A stretch of DNA of 64,000 nt, taken from positions 79,484,001-79,548,000 of the forward strand of contig OZ024745.1 of assembly GCA_964016885.1 (NCBI GenBank). Direction: 5' to 3'. Numbering within the stretch: the stretch's first letter is position 1; each line of letters opens with the position of its first letter. Under the pieces are notes generated by a model. That model worked only from the letters and a program-made list of their open reading frames with translations, did not search any database and was not told the DNA's origin. Both the position numbers and the translations under genes were made by a program. Positions 1 through 12,875 of the stretch are shown here, in pieces. This DNA comes from Eledone cirrhosa. Lineage: Eukaryota.

Positions 1-2217
1 TTGTCGGGGAGAAGTGTGTACTAAACGACGATGGCACACTTGCCATCACCGACGCTGATAAGAAGGTAGCTTGGAAGTGTCACTATGAAAGGCTTCTAAA
101 TGAGGAGAATAATTGGGAGAAAGGCAGTCTCCCCCATATCGACCCAATAGAGGGACCAGCAGTGTTAGTCGAGGGGAGTATAATAAGTAAGGCAATCAAG
201 GATATGAAGACTGGTAAGGCGGCTGGGCCTTCGGAAATAGTTGCTGAGATGCTGAAGGCATCTGGCACGGTGGGACACACCATGGTCACCCGCATAGTTA
301 ACCAAGTCGTACAAAACGGGGTTGTTCCGAAGGACTGGCATAGCAGCATCATCGTTAACTGTTATAAGGGTAAAGGAGACGCCCTAGATAGGAGTAACTA
401 TAGAGGCATTAAATTAATCGACCAGGTCATGAAGGTCACGGAAAGAGTAATAGCGCAACTAATCAGAGAGAGAATTGACCTAGATGAAATGCAGTTCGGG
501 TTTGTGTCAGGCAAAAGTACCACAGACGCTCTTTTCATAGTACGACAACTACAAGAGAAGTACCTAGCTAAAGGTAAACCCCTCTACTTAGCTTTTGTCG
601 ACTTGGAGAAAGCCTTCGACAGAGTCCCCCGCTCCATTATCTGGTGGGCTCTTAGAAAACTAGGCGTTGACGAATGGCTTGTGAGGGCTATACAAGCCAT
701 GTATAAAGAAACAGTCAGCAAGGTTAGAATTAACAACGAATATAGTGAAGAGTTTAGCGTAAAAGTCGGCGTCCATCAGGGCTCTGTTCTCAGTCCACTA
801 CTATTTATTATTGCCCTTCAGGCCATAACAGAGGAGTTCAAGACAGGCTGCCCATGGGAACTCCTATACGCAGACGACCTGACACTCATAGCGGAATCAA
901 TGGCCGAGCTAGAGAAGAAATTCCAAACATGGAAGCACGGCCTAGAGTCAAAAGGACTTAAAATTAACCTGGCTAAGACCAAAGTACTAGTTTGTAGGAA
1001 AGAAAACAAGGCGGCGGTCCCTTCTGGGAAATGGTCGTGCTCGGTGTGTAGGAAAGGCGTAGGTAGAAACTCCATTTTATGTCCTAAATGCAAAGTATGG
1101 GTGCATAAAAGATGTAGTGGGATCACAGGTAGGCTAACTAAGAACATAGATTTTACATGTGGCCGGTGCTCTGGTGCAATAAGTAGCAGCAAGTGCCCAC
1201 AAACTACTAGCTCTTTCAATTGCGCAGAGGGTTCTATAGAAATAGTGGACAGCTTCCGTTACCTGGGCGATAAAATCAGCAGTGGGGGAGGGTGCTCTGA
1301 AAGTACTGTAGCTAGAGTCAGAACTGGTTGGAAAAAGTTCAGAGAGCTTATACCACTATTAGCTGCTAAAGGGTTCTCACTAAAAATGAAAGGCAGGTTG
1401 TACGATGCCTGCATACGAACAGCAATGCTGCATGGCAGTGAGACCTGGGCATTGTGTGCAGAGGATATACGCAGACTAGAGAGGAACGAAGCTTGCATGC
1501 TCCGCTGGATGTGTAACAGTAATATACGTGAACGGCAAAGCATAAACGAACTAAGGAATAAATTAGAGATAAGAGGGATCAGATGTTGTTTACTCGAGAG
1601 AAGGCTACGTTGGTATGGACACGTGATGCGCATGAAAGTCGATAGCTGTATAACAAAGTGCAGGGCAATAAAGATAGACGGTAGTCACGGAATAGGCAGA
1701 CCTAGAAAAACCTGGGACGAGCTGATAAACTCCGACATCACACACTTACACCTCTCCAAGACAATGTCACTGGACCGAGACCTTTGGCGGTACTCAGTAA
1801 CAGAGAAGACCCGCCTTACCTAAATATATAGTAAAACCTACTCCAGCCAGTAGGCATCTCTAACAAATACACCCCGTCCCACCACCCCCACCCCATCCAC
1901 ACCACCCCGTTCTATGTAAAGTTATGTTGGTGCCGCGCCATCGAGGCCGAAACAAATGAGATCGTGTAGGTGTCACGACAAAAAACACACAGTCCACGCT
2001 GTAATGTGGCCGTGTAGGCAACACGGTAAAAACCTCCCAGACCCACACTGTAAATGTGGTTGGTGTTAGGAAGGGCATCCAACTGTAGAAAACCTGCCAG
2101 ACAGTCCTATGCGAGCAAGACAATCACTCTTGCCTCAAGTGGGACTACCCCCGTCCAAACCCATGCAAGCGTGGAACACGGACGTTAAACGTTGATGATG
2201 ATGATGATGATGATGAT
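1..2217 (+). mobile_element. RTE-clade LINE copy 1 (RT part plus 3' UTR and (GAT)n tail; 5' end cut by the window edge)
   Basis: ORF 162-1823 has [29 protein letters not shown] and the RTE-type C-terminus RLRWYGHVMR..GRPRKTW. The 3' UTR ends ACGTTAAACG followed by (GAT)n at 2194-2217. Confidence 0.95.
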
Positions 2218-2292
2218 ATATATATACTTATATATATATATATATATATATACTTATATATATATACTTATATATATATATATATATATATA

Positions 2293-2383
<91 letters not shown>

Positions 2384-2423
2384 TTATATATATATACTTA
2401 TATATATATATATATATATACTT

Positions 2424-2463
<40 letters not shown>

Positions 2464-2595
2464 TTATATATATATATATATATATACTTATATATATATA
2501 TATATATATACTTATATATATATATATATATATATATATACTTATATACTTATATATATATATATATATATATATATACTTATATATATATATAT
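2218..2595. repeat. (TA)n microsatellite with recurrent TACT interruptions
   Basis: Read directly; separates two tail-to-tail RTE copies. Confidence 0.95.
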
Positions 2596-3861
2596 ATCAT
2601 CATCATCATCATCATCAACGTTTAACGTCCGTGTTCCACGCTTGCATGGGTTTGGACGGGGGTAGTCCCACTTGAGGCAAGAGTGATTGTCTTGCTCGCA
2701 TAGGACTGTCTGGCAGGTTTTCTACAGTTGGATGCCCTTCCTAACACCAACCACATTTACAGTGTGGGTCTGGGAGGTTTTTACCGTGTTGCCTACACGG
2801 CCACATTACAGCGTGGACTGTGTGTTTTTTTGTCGTGACACCTACACGATCTCATTTGTTTCGGCCCGGATGGCGCGGCACCAACATAACTTTACATAGG
2901 ACGGGGTGGTGTGGATGGGGTGGGGGTGGTGGTGGTGGGACGGGGTGTATTTTGTTAGAGATGCCTACTGGCAAGGCGGGTCTTCTCTGTTACTGAGTAC
3001 CGCCAAAGGTCTCGGTCCAGTGACATTGTCTTGGAGAGGTGTAAGTGTGTGAGGTCGGAGTTTATCAGCTCGTCCCAGGTTTTTCTAGGTCTGCCTATTC
3101 CGTGGCTACCGTCTATCTTTATTGCCCTGCACTTTGTTATACAGCTATCGACTTTCATGCGCATCACGTGTCCATACCAACGTAGCCTTCTCTCGAGTAA
3201 ACAACATCTGATCCCTCTTATCTCTAATTTTTTCCTTAGTTCGTTTATGCTTTGCCGTTCACGTATATTACTGTTACACATCCAGCGGAGCATGCAAGCT
3301 TCGTTCCTCTCTAGTCTGCGTATATCCTCTGCACACAATGCCCAGGTCTCACTGCCATGCAACATTGCTGTTCGTATGCAGGCATCGTACAACCTGCCTT
3401 TCATTTTTAGGGAGAACCCTTTAGCAGCTAATAGTGGTATAAGCTCTCTGAACTTTTTCCAACCAGTTCTGACTCTAGCTACAGTACTTTCAGAGCACCC
3501 TCCCCCACTGCTGATTTTATCGCCCAGGTAACGGAAGCTGTCCACTATTTCTATAGAACCCTCTGCGCAATTGAAAGAGCTAGTATTGTGTGGGCACTTG
3601 CTGCTACTTATTGCACCAGAACACCGGCCACATGTAAAATCTATGTTCTTAGTTAGCTTACCTGTGATCCCACTACATCTTTTATGCACCCATACTTTGC
3701 ATTTAGGACACAAAATGGAGTTTCTACCTACGCCTTTCCTACACACCGAGCACGACCATTTCCCAGAAGGGACCGCCGCCTTGTTTTCTTTCCTACAAAC
3801 TAGAACTTTGGTCTTAGCCAGGTTAATTTTAAGTCCTTTTGACTCTAGGCCGTGCTTCCAT
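2596..3861 (-). mobile_element. RTE LINE copy 2, 5'-truncated, inverted relative to copy 1
   Basis: ORF 2955-3746 is nearly identical to the C-terminal half of copy 1. (ATC)n tail at 2596-2616. A short deletion removes the normal stop region. Confidence 0.95.
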
Positions 3862-4518
<657 letters not shown>

Positions 4519-4849
4519 TATACGATATTAATAAATGGAAACTATATTTATAAAACCATATTTATTTCATTATACATATTTCAGGGATACCACATTAAAT
4601 TATGGTATGCCTTTATCAGACAAAATACAATATATAACAGTTTTACAATCCAGACAGTTTTACTATCCAGACAGCCTCCAAAAGTAATGGTTGTATTTTA
4701 AAGGGTACGTCAAACCTATTTGTAAAACTGTTATATATTGTATTTTGTCTGATGAAGGCATACCATAAGTTAATGTGGTATCCCTGAAATATGTATAATG
4801 AAATAAATATGGTTTTAAAAATATAGTTTCCATTTATTAATATTGTATA
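4519..4849. repeat. Foldback with 130-bp inverted arms (Penelope-like inverted pseudo-LTR architecture)
   Basis: Arms 4519-4648 and 4720-4849 are reverse complements with few mismatches and a 71-bp spacer. Each arm holds a hammerhead motif. Confidence 0.85.
4741..4805 (+). ncRNA. Minimal type-I hammerhead ribozyme motif
   Basis: Stem I TATTTTGT (4741-48)/ATGAAATA (4798-4805); core CTGATGA 4749-55; stem II 4756-85 (11 of 12 bp); GAAA 4786-89; TATGTA then TA cleavage site after 4797. Confidence 0.7.
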
Positions 4850-5058
4850 TCTACTCCAAAAATTTGTCGAGTGCTTTATATCAGTTATAAAAATATTTAC
4901 TTGTATCCCAACAATTTTAAATAGAACTTTTGCATATATCTACTTATATATATATATATAAATATATATATATATACTTATATATATGTATATATATATA
5001 CTTATATATATATATATATATAAATATATATATATACTTATATATATATATATATACT

Positions 5059-5090
<32 letters not shown>

Positions 5091-5283
5091 CTTATATATA
5101 TATATATATACTTATATATATATATATACTTATATATATATTGTTATACTTTGGGAGGGTCATGTTGCCAATAAGGAACACACGCACCAGTTGCTTTCAC
5201 TTCAATTTATTATTATAAATTTAGGAATTTATAAATTTCTGGTTGGTTGGTTGGTTCCACAACCAGATAGTTGTTTATATATT

Positions 5284-5326
5284 GTCAAAGTTCTTTCGTC
5301 ACACATTCTGTGACCTCTTCAGTGAC
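5284..5326 (-). ncRNA. Minimal hammerhead-like motif (second family)
   Basis: Minus strand reads GTCA-CTGAAGA-G-GTCACA(GAATG)TGTGAC-GAAA-GAAC-TT|TGAC. AATAAA lies about 75 nt downstream (5206-5211). Confidence 0.5.
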
Positions 5327-5393
5327 TAACAAGTAGGGAAATTAGACAGTAGAAGTCGCATTGATAGACACATTTTTCAGATGCAGTAGGACG

Positions 5394-5902
5394 CTATAGA
5401 AATGGTGGATAGCTTCCGGGACCTAGGAGATCAGATTAGCATGGGAGGAGGGTGTTCCGAGGCCATAGTATCTAGAATAAGGACGGGTTGAAAGAAGTTT
5501 AGGGAGCTGCTTCCTCTGTTGACGAAGAAGGGTTTCTCCCTGCGTACGGCAGGCCGGTTGTATGATGCCTGTGTGAGGAGCGCGATGCTGCATGGTAGTG
5601 AGACATGGGCAGCAACCGCAGAGGATATGCGACGGCTGGAGAGAAATGAGGCAAGCATGCTCCGTTGGATGTGCAGTGTAAATGTGCATGAACGACCCAG
5701 CATAAATGTGTTGAGAGAGAAACTGTGTCTGAGAGGGATAGAATGTAGTGTACGGGAGAGGAGACTTAGGTGGTATGGACATGTGATGCGCATGTGATGG
5801 ATGAAGTAGTGCCAGGAAATGCCAGTCGAAGGAAGACGTGGTAGAGGTAGACCACGAAAAACATGGGCGGAGGTGGTGAGAACAGACCTCAGATCATTGA
5901 AG
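5394..5902 (+). mobile_element. RTE LINE fragment, second subfamily
   Basis: ORF 5519-5797 [31 protein letters not shown], diverged from copy 1; GRGRPRKTW follows in another frame. Confidence 0.9.
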
Positions 5903-5923
5903 TATATATATATATATATATAA

Positions 5924-6502
5924 AGAATTAGTATATCTACCAACATATATATACAGATGCATTCCTATGCTAGCAAATATATAGGTTTTGTGTTAGTAAC
6001 TTTGGTTCAATGCAAGGGGATGCAGAACAATTATATGAAAGACGTAAAATAAGAAAATTATCTAAACTTTCACTCCAACTAATTAGTTTCTGAAAGGGAA
6101 TAAACATGGTTTCCGAATGGAACGAATGGAGAAGGTCTTTCATCATCAGGAAGTCTATTCTCAGCTAAGTTCCCAGGCGATGCGTGGACACAGGGAACTT
6201 ATACAAAAATAATTCAATGGATGGAAAAAAGCAAGCATGGACTAAATTCCAAGACATTGAAAAAATCACTGCCTACTTGGTCGGTGGTAAATTCAAAAGA
6301 ATCAATCACGTGACATCGAGGTTAATCAGTGAGGAGTCGGGTGTTAAGAAGACAGTAGCCGAACTATTACTATGAACTATAGTAGCAGTTTTGGCAAAAT
6401 TTTGCTCAACAAAATAATTTGGAGATAATTATATAGAATTAGTATATCTACCAACATATATATACAGATGCATACCTATGCTAGCAAATATATAGGTTTT
6501 GT
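5924..6502. repeat. 68-bp direct repeats flanking a 443-bp unique segment
   Basis: 5924-5991 and 6435-6502 differ at one base; the unit is embedded in (TA)n. Confidence 0.85.
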
Positions 6503-6564
<62 letters not shown>

Positions 6565-6652
6565 TAAAAAATATTTTATGTAATCATAGACTGAGATAGG
6601 TTTTGGAAGTATACCTAGTTAATATATTCTTTGCAATTTTTGAAAAAATATG

Positions 6653-6686
<34 letters not shown>

Positions 6687-6719
6687 TATATGTATATGTG
6701 TATGTATTAATTTTAATTT

Positions 6720-7090
6720 TAATTTTAATTTCTGTTTACCTATAATTATATTCTACTATAGATAAAATACAATATCTATTTTAATTATTATAAACCTAAT
6801 TAACATATACTATAGAAATTAATATATAATTTTTAATTTAGTTAACCTATAATTTATATTCTACTACCGATGTAATACTTTATTTGTTTTTCCCTATTAC
6901 TAAATTCATTTCCTAATATTGATACCATAACGTTAATAATTTTAATTTAGTTATACTATAATTAATACTCTACTACTATTTAACTTCAAAATTCCGCTTC
7001 AAATATTATAAACCTAAGTAGTATACACCTTAGAAATCAATATATTAACTATCTTTAGTTTAGTTAACCTATAATTAATGGTATACTTAT
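6720..7090. repeat. Degenerate AT-rich tandem repeat (period about 110 bp)
   Basis: A TAACCTATAATT..TCTACTA-like motif recurs near 6737, 6843, 6953 and 7064. Confidence 0.5.
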
Positions 7091-7249
7091 ATTGAAATGC
7101 ATAATTTTGCCTTCTTTCTTACATTTCCTAATACTGAAACTATGTAAACACATATTATGATCTAAATGCAGATTAATATTCAATGTTTCTTGAAACCTAT
7201 ATTTACTATAATCCCCCCCCCCCCCTACTATTATTATTTGTATTTGTAA

Positions 7250-7554
7250 GCGTGGATGTATGTATGTATATGTAGGTAGGTATGTATGTTTGGGTGTTTG
7301 TATGTGAGTATAAAAATACATATGTGCGCATGTAAATAAGGGTGTATGATTGTGTGTATATATATATATATGTATATATGTGTGTCTATATATATATGTG
7401 TATATATATGTGTATATATATATGTATCTATGTATTTATGTGGGTATATGTGTGTATGTATATGTATGCACATGTATATGTCTATGTGTATATGTGTATG
7501 TGTATATGTGTACGTATGTGCGCATGTATATGTGAGTGTGTGTATATATATATA

Positions 7555-7596
<42 letters not shown>

Positions 7597-7781
7597 AGTT
7601 GATGTGTGTATGTGTATATATATATGTGTATGTATGTGTGTATATATATATATATATATATGTGTATATATATATGTGTATGTGTATATATATATGTATA
7701 TGTATGTGTGTGCATATTTGTCTGACTGTGTGTATTAATTTATTTATTTATTTATTTATCTTATTTCTTTATTTTTTTATA

Positions 7782-7824
<43 letters not shown>

Positions 7825-8287
7825 ATATATATATGTGTATATGTGTGTATGTGTGTGTGTATGTATGTATGTATGTATGTATATGTATGTGTGTTTGTGT
7901 GTGTACGTGTGTATATATTTATATATATATATGTATCTCTATTTATATATGTATATATGTGTATGTATATCCCTTTATCTATGTATGTCTGAGTTGTGTG
8001 AGCGTGTGGTGGTGTTTGTTTGTATGTATATACGCATACATGGATGTGTATATATGCGTATATGTATGTGTGTATGTGTATATATGTATGTCTATGTATG
8101 AGTATGTATGTGTGTGTATGTATGTGTGTATATATATGTATGTCTGTGTATGTATATATATATATATATATATATTTATTATATGTGGGTGTGTGTGTAT
8201 ATATATCTTTGTGTATGTGTATGTGTGTGTATGTGTGTGTGTATATATATATGTGTGTGTATATGTATATTTATATATATATATATA

Positions 8288-8318
<31 letters not shown>

Positions 8319-8392
8319 TTATATGTGGGTATGTATGTGTATGTGTGTATATACATGAGTGTGTTTATATATGTGTGTAGATATGTGTGTAT

Positions 8393-8450
<58 letters not shown>

Positions 8451-8690
8451 GTGTGTTGTGAATGTATATATATATATGTATGCGTGTATGTGTGTGTATA
8501 TATATATATGTGTGTATATGTGTATATGTCTATGTATTTATATGTGTATATGTATGTGTCTCTATATGTATGCGTGTGTGTATGTGTATGTGTATTTATA
8601 TGGTGTGTGTATGTATATGTATGTGTATGTATGTGTTTGTGTATATGTGTATGTATATGTATGTATATGCATGTATGTGTATATATATAT
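7250..8690. repeat. Complex (TA)/(TG) microsatellite field
   Basis: Read directly. Confidence 0.95.
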
Positions 8691-11600
8691 ATCATCATCA
8701 TCATCATCAGGTTTAGCGTCCGTGTTCCACGCTTGCATGGGTTTGGACGGGGGTTTTCCCACTTGAGGCAAGAGTGGTTGTCTTGCTCGCATAGGACTGT
8801 CTGGCGGGTTTTCTACAGTTGGATGCCCTTCCTAACACCAACCACATTTACGGTGTGGGGCTGGGAGGTTTTTACCGTGTTGCCTACACGGCCACATTAC
8901 AGCGTGGACTGTCTGGCGGGTTTTCTACAGCTGGATGCCCTTCCTAACACCAACCACATTTACAGTGTGGGGCTGGGAGGTTTTTACCGTATTGCCTACA
9001 CGGCCACATTTACAGCGTGGACTGTGTGTTTTTTGTCGTGACACCTACACGATCTCATTTGTTTCGGCCTGGATGTTGTGGGACCAACATAACTTTACAT
9101 TGAAAGGGGCGGTGTGGGTGGGGTGGGGGTGGTGGGACGGGGGTGTGTTTTGATAGAGATGCCTACTGACTGTAGTAGGTTTTTACTTTGTATTTAGGTA
9201 AGGCGGGTCTTCTCTATTACTGAGTACCGCCAAAGGTCACGGTCCAGTGACATTGTCTTGGAGAGGTGTAAGCGTGTGAGGTCGGAATTTATCAGCTCGT
9301 CCCATGTTTTTCTGGGTCTGCCTACTCCGTCGCTACCGTCTATCTTTATTGCCCTGCACTTTGTTATACAGCTGTCGTCTTTCATGCGCATCACGTGACC
9401 GTACCAACGTAGCCTTCTCTCGAGTAAACAACATCTGATCCCTCTTATTTCTAATTTTTTCCTTAGTTCGTTTATGCTTTGCCGTTCACGTATATTACTA
9501 TTGCACATCCAGCGGAGCATGCAAGCTTCGTTCCTCTCTAGTCTGCGTATATCCTCTGCACACAATGCCCAGGTCTCACTGCCATGCAGCATTGCTGTCC
9601 GTATGCAGGCATCGTATAACCTGCCTTTCATTTTTAGGGAGAACCCTCTAGCGGCTAATAGTGGTATAAGCTCTCTGAACTTTTTCCATCCAGTTCTGAC
9701 TCTAGCTACTGTACTTTCAGAGCACCCTCCCCCACTGCTGATTTTGTCACCCAGATAACGGAAGCTGTCCACTATTTCTATAGAACCCTCTGCGCAGTTG
9801 AAGGAGCTAGTATTTTGTGGGCACTTGCTGCTACTTATTGCACCAGAGCACCGGCCACATGTAAAATCTATGTTCTTAGTTAGCTTACCTGTGATCCCAC
9901 TACATCTTTTATGCACCCATACTTTGCATTTGGGACATAAAATGGAGTTTCTACCTACGCCTTTCCTACACACTGAGCATGGCCATTTCCCCGATGGGAC
10001 CGCCGCCTTATTTTCTTTCCTACAAACTAGAACTTTAGTCTTAGCCAGGTTAATTTTAAGGCCTTTTGATTCTAGGCCGTGCTTCCACGTTTGGAATTTC
10101 TTCTCTAGTTCGGTCATTGATTCAGCTATGAGCGTTAGATCATCTGCGTATAGGAGTTCCCATGGGCAGCCTGTCTTGAACTCCTCTGTTATAGCCTGAA
10201 GGGCAATAATAAATAGTAGGGGGCTAAGAACAGAGCCCTGATGGACACCAACTTTTACGCTAAACTCTTCACTATATTCGTTGTTAATTCTAACCTTACT
10301 GACTGTTTCTTTATACATGGCTTGTATAGCTCTCACAAGCCATTCGTCAACACCTAGTTTTCTAAGAGACACCAGATAATGGAACGGGGGACTCTGTCGA
10401 AGGCTTTCTCCAAGTCGACGAAAGCTAAGTATAGGGGTTTACTTTTAGCTAGGTACTTCTCCTGTAGTTGTCGTACAATGAAAAGAGCGTCTGTGGTACT
10501 TTTGCCTGACACAAACCCGAACTGCATTTCATCTAGATCAATTCTCTCTCTGATTAGTTGCGCTATTACTTTTTCCGTGACCTTCATGACCTGGTCGATT
10601 AATTTAATGCCTCTATAGTTACTCCTATCTAGGGCATCTCCTTTTCCCTTATAGCAGTTAACGATGATGCTGCTACGCCATTCCTTCGGAACAACCCCAT
10701 TCTGTACGACTTGGTTAACTATCCGGGTGACCATGGTGTGTCCCACCGAACCAGATGCCTTCAGCATCTCAGCAACTATTTCCGAAGGCCCAGCCGCCTT
10801 ACCCGTCTTCATATCTTTGATTGCCTTACTTATTATACTACCTTCAACTAACACTGCTGGTCCCTCTATTGGATCGATCTGGGGGAGACTGTCTTTCTCC
10901 CATTTGTTCTCATTTAGAAGCCTTTCGTAGTGACACTTCCAAGCTACCTTCTTATCAGTGTCGGTGATGGCAAGTATGCCATCATCGTTAAGTACACACT
11001 TCTCCCCGACAATATCACGGTTTTCCTTGAGACATTGCCTGGCAATCCTGAACACCTCACGTTTTTGGTCCTCACGTTGTAGAACATGCTTGAACTTTCT
11101 TTCCTCTGCTTCCCTTCTTGCGAAGTACACTTGTCTCCTAGCTTCCCTCCTGGCCACTTGATAGTCTTCTCTACTTCCCCCATCCCGCCATACTTTCCAA
11201 GCCTGCTTTTTGGCCTTAATTGACTCCTCCACCTTACTGTTCCACCACCATGTTACTCTCCTCCTACCTACAGGCCTGCTCCAGCCACAGACTTCGTCTG
11301 CCGCCGTCAGCAGGTTTGCTCTCAGGAATTCCCACTGTTCCTCTATATTATACGACTCTAATTGCTCTTCCTTACTGTCGAAAGCGTCAAGTAATATGCT
11401 TTGAAATTTATTTCTGGCTATGGGGTCCTTTAGCTTCCATATTTTTCTCCTGAGGATAGTCCTCTTCCGCTGTCTAGTACGTCTCGTCCTGACTATGAGG
11501 TCGCTAATTATCAGTCTATGTTGGGAGGTGAATTCTTCATGGGGGTGGGATTTAGTGTTAACAACAGACACTCTGTCACGTCTTCTGGTAAGGATATAAT

Positions 11601-12260
11601 CTACCTGGCTTGTGTGTTCCCCCGATCTATAGGTGATCAAGTGATTGTCTCGTTTTTTGAAGTTAGTGTTACAGATAGTTAAGTTATTTGCGTCGCAGAA
11701 TTCCAGGATTCTGGAGCCTTCCTCATTTCTAGTACCGAACCCATAGCCTCCATGGATTCCGTCATAGCCGTCACAATGTTGTCCAACGTGACCATTTAGG
11801 TCGCCTGCAATAACTATATAGTCACTGTCGGTTATTTGGGAGGTAGCGAGCATCAGTGTCTCGTAGAATCTGTCTTTTATAGCGCGGGGCAGTCCGGATT
11901 GGGGTGCGTACGCAGATATTACTGTCACCGTAGTTTTATTGAGGACAAGTCTTATTTTAATTATTCTGTCGTTCACTCTATTTACGTCTATTATCTTATC
12001 TGCCCACTTTTCTGCTACCATGATTCCTACCCCACCCAACCCATTGTCATTTCCCACCCAGAAAAGCTTATAGCATCGTTCTTTACCCACGATGAATCTA
12101 GCCGACCCTCCCCTCCACCTGGTCTCTTGAATACAACAAACATCGACCTCCTTACGTTCAAGCATTTCTACAACCTCGTTAAAGCGATCCTTTAAGGTGC
12201 CTACATTCATGGTACCAACTCTGAAGTTTTGGATTGCGTTTGGAGGGTGGGAGCGGTGGA
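8691..12260 (-). mobile_element. RTE LINE copy 3, near full length (APE endonuclease plus RT), one frameshift near 10370
   Basis: ORF 10354-12357 has the APE motifs CIQETRW, SAYAPQ, AGDLNGH, VDYIL and SQHRL plus the RT N-terminus. ORF 9194-10372 has YADD. The 3' UTR carries a tandem duplication and an (ATC)n tail at 8691. Confidence 0.95.
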
Positions 12261-12875
12261 TATATATATATTTTCTTGATATATTTCTTTTTTCTTTTTC
12301 TTTTCTTTTTATTTCTAAGTTTATAGATACATTTATAAATAGGCAGTCTGTTGACACCGGTGAATACTGACCTCTTCTCCCCCCCCCCCCACCTACTTTC
12401 TGTATCTGGATCTAAATATGTGTGGCAGTGTTTATGTGCGCGCATTAATGTCCATATGCTTATGATAATAGTATATACACACATATATATGTGTGTGGGG
12501 GTGTATGTGTGTATGTATGTTCGTGGTTGTGTGTATGTTTATGCGTATACGCGCGTGTGTGTGTGAATGTACGTATATGTGTGAGTATATGAATGTGTGT
12601 ATATATTTATTTTATATTTATATGTGTATACGTATTTTATCTGTAGATTATAAACATACAGAGACATTAGCCTTGAATTTTTGTATTTACATACATCTTT
12701 TTGGCATGCGTATGCATTTGAACATATATCTTTATGCATATCTGTGAACGAAGTTACTTACATATATATACACACACCTAACTGTATAAACTTTTTGTAT
12801 TTTCATTGGTCAATTTGAACTCTGTTCCCAAACAGACCTGTAATTTTGAATTGTTGTTATTATCAATAAATATAT

